Assembly (NCBI GenBank): GCA_002269645.1
Contig: NIVC01003602.1
Location: forward strand, 1-64,000
Length of the DNA stretch: 64,000 nt
Source of the DNA: Macrostomum lignano
Taxonomy: Eukaryota
Direction of reading: 5' to 3'
The notes beneath the pieces were generated by a model. The model did no database searches, was not told the origin of the DNA, and worked only from the letters and a program-made list of their open reading frames with translations. Of the stretch, positions 48,401 to 61,965 are shown one piece after another. The translations under genes were made by a program, and so were the position numbers. Within the stretch, counting starts at the first letter, position 1, and the number at the start of each line of letters is the position of its first letter.

Positions 48401-49644
48401 GGGAAAGTAAATAAGGCTTCATTGCAGCAAAGGCTATTTGGTTATGCGTGTCTCTACTCCATATGCGTTATGGAGATCTCTCACTTAGATCTCTGAGATG
48501 AGACTAGCTTAGCTAATAGAAAGAAGATTCCATTTCGTCAAACATGTGGCATGAAGACCCGGAAACTGACTGACTGGCTGTCTGCTTTTCTTTTATGTCT
48601 GTTTGTCCTGACAGACAGTCAATTGCAGCTCATCTGTGGCTGTGTGTCGCTTCTCAATTTTCAAGGTCAGACATCAAAATTGGGCGCCACTTTGAAGACT
48701 GAGCGTCATTTTGATGCTTTCGGGTCATTTTGAAGAATAAGCGCCACTTTGATGATGGCGAACACCATTTTGAAGATTAAGTGCTGCCAAAATAGGTGCA
48801 TAATGTCACTTGGATGATTGAGCGCCAAAATCGACACAGTGGCGCAACTTTACTATACTGATTGGGCGCCAAGATTGGAGCCTAAAGTGGGGTGCCCGAT
48901 AGACCAAAGGCAACCCCCCTCGGGCCATCACGGCCCCAACACATGGCATCCAAAGTTCCCAACCTAACTAACTAAGCTGCTCCGCCTTAATTTCGGGTTT
49001 GTTGAATGGCAGCGGGGCGGTCAGGAGAGAGGAGTGGCGGAGAAGAGGAGGGGAGGGGAAAGAGCGAGAGAGCGAGGGCGCGCGCAAGTGGCGCTTAGAT
49101 TGCGCTGCTGGGCCTAGGGGAGTTGAGGGGAAGAGACTGCTTCTTCATGATGGCTGCTATGGGAAATGGCCACATGCGTGTGGGGCCCCCAGTTGGGCTG
49201 GGTCTGCCTCCCTTCTTCTTCCGTTCCTCGCAGTTTTAGGGGGTTAAGTAAGTCCCATCATACTCAACTCCGTTTAGTCCTGGCCTTGGGCGCAGCTGCA
49301 TATGAGCGCTCCTTCTTCAGTGCTTTTCCGGCCCAGTGACTGCCGCTGCGAGGGGTGAGATGGGGGGTGGGGGTTGGGTTCGGACTGCAGGGTTGGGGAG
49401 GAAGAGGAGGCGCTGTGGTGGGAGAATTAGCGCTCGCCCGCGCCCGCAGAAAGACTCCCGAGTTGTGACGGGAGCAGGTTGGGTCTGGGTGATTGAGAGA
49501 GACTGGCTCGCTCACTGCTGTGTTGACTCTTGGCTGTCATCTTAGACGCGCGCAACTCCTGCTCGTCAGACTGGACAGACTCTGGCTCATTCATTTTCCT
49601 CATTTCATTCTCCATGCCGTTGCTTAGTTAGCATTCGAGGGGCC

Positions 49645-50845
49645 GGAATGAGTGTTTGGGAGAGCTGGAACTGGAATGAGTGTTTGGGAGAGATGGAATA
49701 AGTGTTTGGGAGAGATGGAATGAGTGTTTAGGAGAGATGGAATAAGTGTTTGGGAGAGATGGAATGAGTGTTTAGGAGAGATGGAATAAGTGTATGGGAG
49801 AGATGGAATAAGTGTTTAGGAGAGATGGTATGAGTGTTTGGGAGAGATGGAACTGGAATAAGTGTTTGGGAGAGATGGAATAAGTGTTTGGGAGAGATGG
49901 AATGAGTGTTTAGGAGAGATGGAATAAGTGTTTGGGAGAGATGGAATGAGTGTTTAGGAGAGATGGAATAAGTGTTTGGGAGAGATGGAATAAGTGTTTA
50001 GGAGAGATGGTATGAGTGTTTGGGAGAGATGGAACTGGAATAAGTGTTTGGGAGAGATGGAATAAGTGTTTAGGAGAGATGGAATGAGTGTTTAGGAGAG
50101 ATGGAATGAGTGTTTGGGAGAGATGGAATAAGTGTTTGGGAGAGATGGAATAAGTGTTTAGGAGAGATGGAATGAGTGGGAGAGATGGAATAAGTGTTTA
50201 GGAGAGATGGAATGAGTGTTTAGGAGAGATGGAATGAGTGTTTGGGAGAGATGGAATGAGTGTTTGGGTGAGCTGGAATAAGTGTTTAGGAGAGATGGAA
50301 TGAGTGTTTAGGAGAGTTGGAATGAGTGTTTAGGACAGTTGGAATGAGTGTTTAGGACAGTTGGAATGAGTGTTTAGGAGAGCTGGAATGAGTGTTTAGG
50401 AGAGTTGGAATGAGTGTTTAGGAGAGTTGGAATGAGTGTTTAGGACAGTTGGAATGAGTGTTTAGGAGAGCTGGAATGAGTGTTTGAGTGAGCTGGAAAG
50501 AGTGTTTAGGAGAGCTGGAATGAGTGTTTAGGAGAGTTGGAATGAGTGTTTAGGACAGTTGGAATTAGTGTTTAGGAGAGCTGGAATGAGTGTTTGAGTG
50601 AGCTGGAATGAGTGTTTAGGAGAGCTGGAATGAGGGTTTAGGAGAGATGGAATGAGTGTTTGAGTGAGCTGGAATGAGTGTTTAGGAGAGCTGGAATGAG
50701 GGTTTAGGAGAGATGGAATGAGTGTTTGAGTGAGCTGGAATGAGTGTTTAGGAGAGATGGAATGAGTGTTTGAGTGAGCTGGAATGAGTGTTTATGAGAG
50801 CTGGAATGAGTGTTTAGGAGAGATGGAATGGGTGTTTGAGTGAGC
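49645..50845. repeat. 22-bp minisatellite (GATGGAATGAGTGTTTAGGAGA)n
   Basis: Tandem copies whose variant types change progressively along the array. Confidence 0.95.
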
Positions 50846-51594
50846 TGTGATAAATTTTCTCAGTTGGAAAAAGTCAAGAAATTCTTATCTAAAAATGTTT
50901 ACGAGACTCGTATATTGTTCAAGCTGATTGAAAAACTTGCAAAAACCCGGACGCTCAAAAATGGCTTGTTGAATTTGAGCTCATTTTATTATGAGTATTG
51001 CATTGCGGATTAGCACTCGGGCATCGTGCGTCTCGCAACTGCCACCTTCGACCATCTCCCCTCAAAACCCCTGGAGGGTCCTGTCAGTCTGAACACCCCC
51101 CGCGCGGCCACTTGAAAGCGTGAAGAGGAGGATCTGGTCAAAGCGCGCGATGTGACACAACGACGTTGATGACTCAACGAAAGAGAGAGAAAGAGAGAGA
51201 GAGAGAGAAAGCGAGCGAATTTCCCGCTGGCGAGGGCGGCCACTCGTCACCTGCATCGGGTTTGGCTTGTCTCGCGCGGTCCTGACATGCCAAGACCAGC
51301 TGGGCTGGGGGGGGGGGCTTGCCCTTAAACCTCTATCTAAGCCTGAGGCTTATCCACTCAGTTTATTTTGCTTTCATTCATACTTATTATATGCAGACAG
51401 TATGGGCGCAAAATGAGTGCCCAAGCTGGCTGTTAAAGTGAACTGAAAGCGAAAGTTATAATTAACTGACTCCGGTTGCGTTTAAAACAGATCGATCGCT
51501 TTCTTTCCGACAGGGTACATCGTATTATTCAGGCAGGTTTGCTAACTCGGCGCCTTCCATAAATAACATTTGGCAACCGTGCACTAATCAGTAG

Positions 51595-52075
51595 CGCTCT
51601 TGATAACAACCTGAGGCGCCATTGATAACAACCTGAGGCGCCATTGATAACAACCTGAAGCGCCATTGATAACAACCTGAGGCGCCATTGATAACAACCT
51701 GAGGCGATATTGATAACCACCTGCGGTGCCATTGATAACAACCTGAGGCGCCATTGATAACAACCTGAGGCGCCATTGATAACAACCTGAGGCGCCATTG
51801 ATAACAACCTGAAGCGCCATTGATAACAACCTGAGGCGCCATTGATAACAACCTGAGGCGATATTGATAACCACCTGCGGTGCCATTGATAACAACCTGA
51901 GGCGCCATTGATAACAACCTGAGGCGCCATTGATAACAACTTGAGGCGCCATTGATAACAACCTGAGGCGCCATTGATAACAACCTGAGGCGCCATTGAT
52001 AACAACCTGAGGCGCCATTGATAACAACCTGAGGCGCCATTGATAACAACTTGAGGCGCCATTGATAACAACAAC
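51595..52075. repeat. 22-bp minisatellite (ACCTGAGGCGCCATTGATAACA)n
   Basis: Tandem copies. Confidence 0.95.
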
Positions 52076-52359
52076 TCAGTACTCTGCAGCTATCATAACT
52101 TGAGCTCTGATCTTAAGCGAGCTTATCTCACTAGCAAATCAAACGATTTTTGAAAAGTTTCTTCTAGCTAGACTACTCGTAGGAATGCCATTTTTCCCCA
52201 TTCACCCGTTTGGGACTTGACCCCCGGAATCCGCCCCATTTAGTTCTCAAACCCCGGGTTTTTCCCGTCGCTGGGTTTTGACCACCGGAATTCATTCCCA
52301 CTGGGTCTTGACCACTGGAATCTGCCTCTGAAAAGTCTGACATGACAGGAAAGAGATAG

Positions 52360-52377
52360 AAAGAGGTAGAGAGAGAG

Positions 52378-52470
<93 letters not shown>

Positions 52471-52498
52471 GAGAGAGGGATAGAGAGAGAGAGAGAGC

Positions 52499-52592
<94 letters not shown>

Positions 52593-52619
52593 GGATAGAG
52601 AGAGAGAGAGAGAGCGAGG

Positions 52620-52652
<33 letters not shown>

Positions 52653-52681
52653 GGATAGAGAGAGAGAGAGAGAGAGCGAGG

Positions 52682-52771
<90 letters not shown>

Positions 52772-52790
52772 GGGAGTGAGAGAGAGAGGG
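52360..52790. repeat. (GA)n microsatellite with GGGATA/GCGAGG interruptions; a second (GA)n at about 53421-53487
   Basis: Directly visible. Confidence 0.97.
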
Positions 52791-52799
52791 GACAAAGCT

Positions 52800-53418
52800 T
52801 CAATTGGCTTCGATGGGGGCGCATAGCAAAGGAGAATGAGCTGGAGGAGAAGAAAGACGAGGGGAAAAAGAGCGAACGAAGGGTTGAAGTTGAGACTGGA
52901 AGCGGGCAGGCTCAGAGATTAGCCTCAAGTATTTGGGGTTGATTTCGGGTGTCCCAGGGGTGCCGTCTGTTATCCCCAAGCCGGACCACACCGCCTTTTG
53001 CCCCCGCCCTGGGTCCATCAGCGCAACTAAGCAACCATGCACCTACCTAACCTTCCCACCCAATTCCGCTCCCCGATTTCTTCCCCAGTTCCCCAATCTC
53101 TTTCTCCGCTATCTGCCTTTCCTTCTTGTCATAACGTGTGTCGGACACGTTACAGCAGTCGCGCGCTTTCAGTCCAGTCTCCGAGTCGAGCGCGAGGTTC
53201 CGTCATCATCATCTCTTTCAAATCCCTTCCTCGTTTTCTGTCCTGTCATTTATGTTTTGATTGCGCCCCAAGTCTTTATTTTTTAATGTCCCCATCTCCT
53301 CCCCTCTCAAGTTCACAGAAATTAGAAAGCCGAAAGCAGAAAGAAGAAGAAAGCGGCGGCCTCACAAAGCAGTAACAGGCGCTGCAGCAGCAGCAGCGGA
53401 GGTGACGCGAAGCGCAAT

Positions 53419-53489
<71 letters not shown>

Positions 53490-56400
53490 GGTCGCGCTTC
53501 ACAACCCGACTAGCCCAGCCATAGAGAAGGGTTGAGGATGCGTGTGGGCCCCGCAAGGCTGGGTGGGAATCGGGAAAGGCGGCTAGGGTTTGGGGTGGCG
53601 GATTTAGCCTCTCGGATTCCCGCACCGGTGGCTGCGGCAGCAGACGGGAGGTGACGGGGGAAGGGGGGGGGGTTGGAGCTGCGCGGCGCGGGCCAAGCAA
53701 GCAGGCAGGCAGGCAGGCAGGCAGGCGGGCAGGCCGTCAGAATTAATGGGCCGATCGAGCAGTTGCGGACGCGGCGGCGGCGGACCCAAGCGAGAGAAAA
53801 AAAAGCGAGAGGGACAAGTCGGGGCCGTTGGGGGCGGGGACTGGGATAGGCAGGGCAGGCTGACTGCCTGGCTGGCGGCCGAGGCGAAGGGCCGGGCAGC
53901 GGGGCGGGAATTTGGCGCGCCATCGAGATTAGAGCGAAAGACGGCTTGAGGCTTAGGGGAGGGCAGATTGGGATTCTGGCCTGGCAGGAGAGCGCAGCGT
54001 CTGCACCCCCCCCCCTGTGCGCCTTATCCACCGACCCGACGGGCCACCCACTCCAGATCCCCTTCAACTGCCCCCGGCCCTGAGGGCTCCCACACAAAGC
54101 AGCCTCTCCTCCCGAGTCCCGCCCCACCCAGAAAGATTTTGACGCGACCGCGCATAATTTGCGACTGGCTGACTTTGCGACTGGCAGAGAAAGAGAGAAA
54201 TGACTTCTCGAAGCGGCGTTGGAGAACTGAGCGCCAAATTGTCGGTCAAGTCTCATTGGTGGTGATGGAACCCCGTTTCAATTTGACAAGCTCATGGCCT
54301 TTTCTCGCCTTAGCAAATCATTTATTGGTAAATTTCGAACGATTCTCCAGCGAGACGATCTGTGGTGACGTGTTCAAGTTTAATAGGCTGGCAACGCGCT
54401 TCGAGTGTTTTTTTTGGGTGTATTAATTTAACTTCTGCTTACACACGGTGGCCTCCGAGTCCCAGAGCAGTGAGGAGGCCTGGAGACGGTGGGGTAGGGG
54501 GAAGATCAGATCAGGCCCAGCGGGGGATGAGGGAGGATGGGATTGAGAGCGGATCTCCAAGGCCAGTGGGTCGAGTGTCTGCCTGTGTGGCGGGAGGGTT
54601 GGCGGCAGCAGCTGCTGCATGCGGGCTTCCGAGCGGGCGCGGCCGACTCTGCGGGGAGCAGCTGCGAAGCCCCGGCCACCGGCCCGACCTCTCGCAGTCG
54701 CTGAAGCAGCAAAGCATGGCAAAACCGGCAGTGACTGACTGACTGGCTGTAGGGGAAGGGGGCTGGCTAGATGGATTGGCGGCTCGAGTCCGTTGGCCAC
54801 TCGCTGCGCAGAAACGAGCGCTCGCGACTGGCGCGCACACACCACAAGCAATGGTTTGCTTTAGCTCTAGCTAATCCCGCAGCCCGGCCGCGCTTCTGGC
54901 TCAATTCATTCATTCAACCTGTGATGTGGCGAGTGGCGAGCGAGCTAGCATGAGTGTGTGTGTGCGTGTGTGTGAGCGAGCGCCTGTGTCTGGCAGGCAG
55001 CCCTGCTAAGCCCCCACGGCAGACGCAGAAGAAAGAAAGAAGGAAATAAACGGAAGGCAAGGCGGGACGCCGGAGAACAAGAAACGGCCGGAGCCGCGAG
55101 CTCTGGAGAGAGAGAGAGAGGATGACGCAGTCCCTCAGTCTGTCCTGCAGCTCCCTGCCCCAGCCTCCGCCTCATCACTAATTTATGGCAGCGGGTCTCA
55201 ACGCGCTCAGCGACTCGAACAGAGAGAGAGAGAGATCTAGAGGGGGAGAGAGAGGGCGGAAACTCAATCAATCCCGCCTCTGCCGCCGCTACTGAAGTCA
55301 GCGCGCAATCTTCTGACTTCCTCGCTCTCTTTTTCCCCTTTCATTGTTCCCAAATCTTTGCATGTCTGTTGGTTACTCTGTTTCTGGCAGAGAGAGAGAG
55401 AAATGTGTAAAAGCGATCGGATTTAGCAAAATGCCTAGTGTGAATCGCTCTCACTTGCAATATAGGAGAGGATTGAACGGCCAGAATTTACTCAGAGTAA
55501 GGCAAGCCCCAGGTTAAAGAGGAAAGGAGACACGCAAGCAGCTGCGCTTTGGTTTCGGCCTGCCCAATCTGCTCTCCTTAGTAGCTAAGCTATCCCTTCC
55601 TCTTCCGCACCAAGTAGCGCGCGCGCGTGGCCGCGGCCGGTCGCATCCCAGCGAGTCTCTGCAGCCTCCTTCCTCATCTAAAACATGCCCCCAATCTGCG
55701 CTCCCCCCGAGCGCTTTGTAAATCCCCTCTGCGTCTCAGCTCAGAGGAGAGAAGGCTTGAGGACGAACCCGTTGTTGGGCCAGGAGAAGTCTTCCTCTTC
55801 GTTCCTTATATTTTTTATCCCGCGGCAGCGGCAACGGCAGCGGCGGCGGCTGCGGCCACGGCGGGGTCGGCATGCGGGCCAGAGTCTCTTCTTCTCCATC
55901 ATCTCGCCAGGGGGCGGGTGGATGGATGGGCCCCGCTTGCATATAGCCAGGGGTGACGGTTGCGGCGAAAGTAGGGACGGGGAGAAAAGAGAAGAGCACA
56001 AGAGAGAAGGCATGGAGCGAGAGAGCCAGAGGGAGGAGGCAGGCAGGCAGGCAGCGAGGCAATTTTCAAGGAAGTGGAAGCGCGCCGAAAGACAGACAGG
56101 CCGCGAAAGGGGGCGGGCGGGCGGCAGGGGAAACGCGACAGGACAGCAGCGGCAGCGGCAGCAGCAGTCGGTGAGAGGGGCAGGCGGGCAAGCAAGCAAA
56201 AGTAAAGAGAGCGCCAGTGCCGTGAGGCATGCAGCACAGCTGGAGGCAGGATATAGGAGCAATTGACCCGCGCAGACGCAATAGGGACTGGGGGGCTGCG
56301 AGAGCGCATCGCATGCGGCCGAGAGGAGGCCGACCACTTCTTCTGCAAGGCCAAGTGGATTCTTTAGGGCGCGCGAGCGGGCGGGAGAGCGAGAGAGGAA

Positions 56401-56520
56401 GAGGAGAGGAGAGTGGCAGGAGACAGTCGCCCCCCCCCCGCTTCGGTGTGTGAGCACTCCGCTCTATGCCTATGCCTACTGTCTGCGTGTGCCGTGTGCT
56501 CTGCCGTTTGATGACGTCGT
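52800..56520. promoter_or_regulatory. Large GC/CpG-rich island-like region with no credible CDS
   Basis: CpG/GCGC-rich, with GA and GGCA microsatellites and a CRE-like TGACGTCG at 56512-56519; overlapping ORFs lack recognisable domains. Confidence 0.35.
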
Positions 56521-56624
56521 TCAAAAATTGCAGAAACCCATTATTATTGAAATTTTTACTTTGATTTTTGTAAACCAGCGAATGTCTGTGCTATCAGTTA
56601 CTTTCCTTTTTTAGTAGTATAGAC

Positions 56625-57372
56625 CAGTTCATTGATAGATTGATAACCTCACCAGTTCATTGATAGATTGATAACCTCACCAGTTCATTGATAGATTGAT
56701 AACCTCACCAGTTCATTGATAGATTGATAACCTCACCAGTTCATTGATAGATTGATAACCTCACCAGTTCATTGATAAATTGATAACCTCACCAGTTCAT
56801 TGATAGATTGATAACCTCACCAGTTCATTGATAGATTGATAACCTCACCAGTTCATTGATAGATTGATAACCTAACCGGTTCATTAATAGGTTGATAACC
56901 TAATCAGTTCATTGATAGATTGATAACCTCACCAGTTCATTGATAGATTGATAACCTCACCAGTTCATTGATAGATTTATAACCTCACCAGTTCATTGAT
57001 AGATTGATAACCTAACCGGTTCATTAATAGGTTGATAACCTAAACAGTTCATTGATAGATTGATAACCTAAACAGTTCATTGATAGATTGATAACCTAAA
57101 CAGTTCATTGATAGATTTATAACCTAAACAGTTCATTGATAGATTGATAACCTAACCGGTTCATTAATAGGTTGATAACCTAAACAGTTCATTGATAGAT
57201 TGATAACCTAAACAGTTCATTGATAGATTGATAACCTAAACAGTTCATTGATAGATTTATAACCTAAACAGTTCATTGATAGATTGATAACCTAAACAGT
57301 TCATTGATAGATTGATAACCTCACCAGTTCATTGATAGATTTATAACCTCACCAGTTCATTGATAGATTGAT
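56625..57372. repeat. 28-bp minisatellite (CAGTTCATTGATAGATTGATAACCTCAC)n
   Basis: Tandem copies with block duplications of variant units. Confidence 0.95.
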
Positions 57373-57789
57373 AACCTCATCAGTTCATTGATTAACTGGC
57401 ACAAGTGTTCGCTGCCAAGCTAAAAAACAGGTAAAAACGAGACTAAAAACGATTTCACAGCAAAATTTCGAATTATATTCGAAGATAACAATAAAAAAAC
57501 ATTAAACACATAATTTTGTATAATAATAAGGATACACAGTTTTAAATAATAGGAACGAGTTTCGAGAAATATTCATATTTAATTTAGCCATAAAATTCTG
57601 CAAAACAAATGAAGTTAAGATACAAGACCATGGCATGGCACATAGCAAAAATGGAACAACAATAATGTAAGTTACAATAATAAATGTATATATAATTCAA
57701 AAACATGATAAATACAGAAAATGGCGCTTAGTACAAAGTGACATTCTGGGTGTTACTTTTGTTACTGAAGAAAGTGCATTATCTACCGC

Positions 57790-58045
57790 CACTGCCAGCT
57801 CACACCTGAGCCCTCTGTGGCGCCACTGCCAGCCCACACCTGTGCTTTCCTGTGGCGCCACTGCCAGCCCACACCTGAGCCCTCTGTGGCGCCACTGCCA
57901 GCGCACACCTGAGCTTTCCTGTGGCGCCACTGCCAGCTCACACCTGAGCCCTCTGTGGCGCCACTGCCAGCCCACACCTGTGCCCTCTGTGGCGCCACTG
58001 CCAGCCCACACCTGAGCCCTCTGTGGCGCCACTGCCAGCCCACCT
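57790..58045. repeat. 34-35-bp minisatellite (GCGCCACTGCCAGCCCACACCTGAGCCCTCTGTG)n
   Basis: Tandem copies. Confidence 0.93.
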
Positions 58046-58585
58046 GCCTCTAAGCTAAAATCTGAGAGCATTAGCTTGCAGATAAGATCAAATCTAATTA
58101 ACGCACAGCCGCGCACCTGATACAAGCCATCTGTCCCAGGCTCCAACTGGGAATTATGGTACCACCCCCAACACTCCTAACCCTTCACACTTTTTATTAC
58201 TTAAGCCAGACGGAACCAGCAGCACAGATTTAATTTCACACACAACCGCTGCGTCCCACAAGGAAACCGCGGAAATCAAAAACCTGGAGATTTAAACTAT
58301 TCCGGAAACCCCTATTTTTGAGACAGGAGCAGGCCTAGTGGCTGATATGGTGTGGCTGTTTCATAATACCTAAACATCGCTTAAAAGCTTCAAACATCCA
58401 GTTTCATAACACCCAGGTAAGATGCAAAGAAGAGATTTGGTCAATTGCAAAGAAAGCATTGCAGACGGGGCACATTGAACTGTTTATTGCTGGTTCAGTC
58501 TTACAATGCTTTTACAACTGAAGAAGCAAAGGACGCCAGTTCGCGTTTGACCCCTGCTTCGACTGTTTTTCCTCATACGCTCATA

Positions 58586-58659
58586 TCACAAGAACGGATT
58601 GTGATTCGACAGCTGCGGAGGTGCCGGCTGCGGCGACGCAATGAACGGATTGTTGGAAG
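58586..58659 (-). CDS. Epsin-like protein terminal exon (ASNNPFIASPQPAPPQLSNHNPFL*)
   Basis: Acceptor ACAATTTCAG at 58660, phase 1; two NPF motifs and an NPFL C-terminus typical of epsins; AATAAA on the minus strand at 58488-58483. Confidence 0.75.
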
Positions 58660-58780
58660 CTGAAATTGTTGCGCAAAATCAAAGCACGCTATATATACTA
58701 CTGGCGATTTGATAGTAGTCTGTTAATATTAGTAGGATATATATACATGTACGCAAAAATATTTGGATTGATTAGTTAGT

Positions 58781-58793
58781 TAGTTAGTCAGTC

Positions 58794-58831
<38 letters not shown>

Positions 58832-58832
58832 C

Positions 58833-58867
<35 letters not shown>

Positions 58868-58868
58868 C

Positions 58869-58915
<47 letters not shown>

Positions 58916-59078
58916 CTAGTTAGTTAGTTAGTAAGTTAGTTAGTTAGTTAGTTAGCTAGTTAGTTAGTTAGTTAGTTAGTTAGCTAGTTAGTTAGTTAGT
59001 TAGTTTGTTAGTTAGTTAGTTAGTTAGCTAGTTAGTTAGTTAGTTAGTTAGCTAGTTAGTTAGTTAGTTAGTTAGTTT

Positions 59079-59159
<81 letters not shown>

Positions 59160-59326
59160 CTAGTTAGTTAGTTTGTTAGTTAGTTAGTTAGTTAGTTAGC
59201 TAGTTAGTTAGTTAGTTAGCTAGTTAGTTAGTTAGTTAGTTTGTTTGTTAGTTAGTTAGCTAGTTAGCTAGTTAGCTAGTTAGTTAGTTAGTTAGTTAGC
59301 TAGTTAGTTAGTTAGTTAGTTAGTTT

Positions 59327-59363
<37 letters not shown>

Positions 59364-59384
59364 CTAGTTAGCTAGTTAGTTAGC

Positions 59385-59431
<47 letters not shown>

Positions 59432-59576
59432 CTAGTTAGCTAGTTAGTTAGTTAGATAGTTAGTTAGCTAGTTAGTTAGTTAGTTAGTTAGATAGTTAGT
59501 TAGTTAGTTAGTTAGCTAGCTAGTTAGCTAGTTAGCTAGTTAGTTATTTAGTTAGTTAGTTAGCTAGTTAGTTAGC

Positions 59577-59607
<31 letters not shown>

Positions 59608-59684
59608 CTAGTTAGCTAGTTAGTTAGTTAGTTAGTTAGCTAGTTAGTTATTTAGTTAGTTAGTTAGTTTGTTAGTTAGTTAGC

Positions 59685-59731
<47 letters not shown>

Positions 59732-59732
59732 C

Positions 59733-59795
<63 letters not shown>

Positions 59796-59890
59796 CTAGT
59801 TAGTTAGTTAGTTAGTTTGTTAGTTAGTTAGTTAGTTAGCTAGTTAGTTAGTTAGTTAGTTAGCTAGTTAGTTAGTTAGTTAGTTTGTTT

Positions 59891-59975
<85 letters not shown>

Positions 59976-60146
59976 CTAGTTAGTTAGTTAGTTTGTTTGT
60001 TAGTTAGTTAGTTAGTTAGCTAGTTAGTTAGTTAGTTAGCTAGTTAGTTAGTTAGTTAGTTTGTTTGTTAGTTAGTTAGCTAGTTAGCTAGTTAGCTAGT
60101 TAGTTAGTTAGTTAGTTAGCTAGTTAGTTAGTTAGTTAGTTAGTTT

Positions 60147-60187
<41 letters not shown>

Positions 60188-60208
60188 CTAGTTAGCTAGT
60201 TAGTTAGC

Positions 60209-60255
<47 letters not shown>

Positions 60256-60400
60256 CTAGTTAGCTAGTTAGTTAGTTAGATAGTTAGTTAGCTAGTTAGT
60301 TAGTTAGTTAGTTAGATAGTTAGTTAGTTAGTTAGTTAGCTAGCTAGTTAGCTAGTTAGCTAGTTAGTTATTTAGTTAGTTAGTTAGCTAGTTAGTTAGC

Positions 60401-60431
<31 letters not shown>

Positions 60432-60594
60432 CTAGTTAGCTAGTTAGTTAGTTAGTTAGTTAGCTAGTTAGTTAGTTAGTTAGTTAGTTAGTTTGTTAGT
60501 TAGTTAGCTAGTTAGTTAGTTAGATAGTTAGTTAGCTAGTTAGTTAGTTAGTTAGTTAGTTAGATAGTTAGTTAGCTAGTTAGATAGCTAGCTA
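58781..60594. repeat. About 1.8-kb (TTAG)n microsatellite with CTAG/TTTG variants
   Basis: Directly visible. Confidence 0.98.
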
Positions 60595-60830
60595 GCAGTC
60601 ATGCCGATTCCACTGACTCTGGCCTGAGCACGCACAGAAGGTTGGCCGCTTTCTCATCGTCGTCAGCATGTACACTCTGTAGGGGGCTTGGCCCTCATAG
60701 GCTGAGATGGCACGACAAGCTACCAGGCCCATGCTCAGTAAGAGTCGCAAATGAATGAGCCCGCTCGCGGAATCGAACCAGGGGACCAAAGCTCCAGAGC
60801 TCCAATGCTTGAAATTCGTGCAGGTGAAAA
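60595..60830 (-). mobile_element. tRNA-derived SINE whose 3' end runs into the (CTAA)n tail
   Basis: B box GGTTCGATTCC at 60779-60769; body blocks align with the copy at 32005-32312. Confidence 0.65.
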
Positions 60831-61124
60831 ACGATGGGCCGGGGGAGGGGGGCTTGGCGAAATGTTTGACAGCGGCGGCGGGGCTCGAGGGGAAATGATG
60901 AACTGGGATGGAGGGATGATAGAATGAAAAAACAGCGCGGGACCGAATCGAGCCCTTGTTGGATTGGGGGAGCAAAATCCTGACAGGCTCGACCCGTGTG
61001 GCCAAGGGAAAAGTAGATAGGGACTGGGGACGCGCGCGGGATATTTCCCTCTGCCTCCTCCCCGCCGCCCAAGACTCGCACAGCGAGTTGAGCCGGTCTG
61101 GTCATTGATCAAATTGATCCCCCC

Positions 61125-61400
61125 GGGATAGCGGTCGAGGGAGAAGAGTCGGGGGATCGATGCTGGCTAACTTTTTTAGTCCGAATCTGGTTTGGTAGGC
61201 TCGCGGCATCAGAGCAGAATTTCTCAGTCAGCCAGTTTGACCATTAAAAAGTCTGGACCGCTGTACAACGATCCTGTATCCGTGCGGTTCCGTGTGGTCT
61301 GCGCGCTCAGGCGTCAGCGGAATGAGCCTGACTGCTTGCCTCCTAGCTGACTGCTGGTGTACTGACGCCTTGATTGCGTCAGTGCTCACAGCACCAAAAG
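61125..61400 (+). mobile_element. tRNA-derived SINE, same family, head-to-head with the previous copy, with a (CTAA)n tail
   Basis: Shares GGACCGCTGTACA, GTATCCG and GCTCAGGCGTCAGCGGAATGAGCCTGACTGC with the other copies. Confidence 0.6.
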
Positions 61401-61449
<49 letters not shown>

Positions 61450-61584
61450 TAACTAACTAACTAACTAACTTAACTAACTAACTAACTAACTAACTGACTG
61501 ACTAACTAACTAACTAATTAACTAACTAACTAACTAACTGACTAACTAACTGACTGACTAACTAACTAACTAACTGACTAACTG

Positions 61585-61655
<71 letters not shown>

Positions 61656-61779
61656 GACTGACTGACTAATTAACTAACTGACTGACTAACTAACTAACTG
61701 ACTAACTGACTAACTAACTGACTGACTGACTGACTAACTGACTAACTAACTAACTTATTTAACTAACAAACTAACTAAT

Positions 61780-61838
<59 letters not shown>

Positions 61839-61894
61839 CTAACTAACTAACTATCTAACTAACTAACTATCTAACTAACTAACTATCTAACTAA
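61401..61894. repeat. (CTAA)n microsatellite, inverted relative to the 58.8-60.6 kb array
   Basis: Directly visible. Confidence 0.98.
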
Positions 61895-61965
61895 AACAGA
61901 AATGATTATAAATACTTCAGAGACTCAAGCACTAATCTGAGTTGCAAGCAACCAGCAAATCTCAC

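Noticed and set aside
52933-56524. Many overlapping 100-290-aa ORFs in the GC-rich blocks (also 39-41.7 kb and 46.4-48.1 kb) and antisense ORFs over real exons
   Set aside because: Expected from GC-rich, stop-poor sequence; low-complexity R/P/A/G products with no domain motifs.
58781-61894. Interstitial telomere or fusion site
   Set aside because: The unit is TTAG, not TTAGGG or TTAGG, and each array is explained as a SINE tail.
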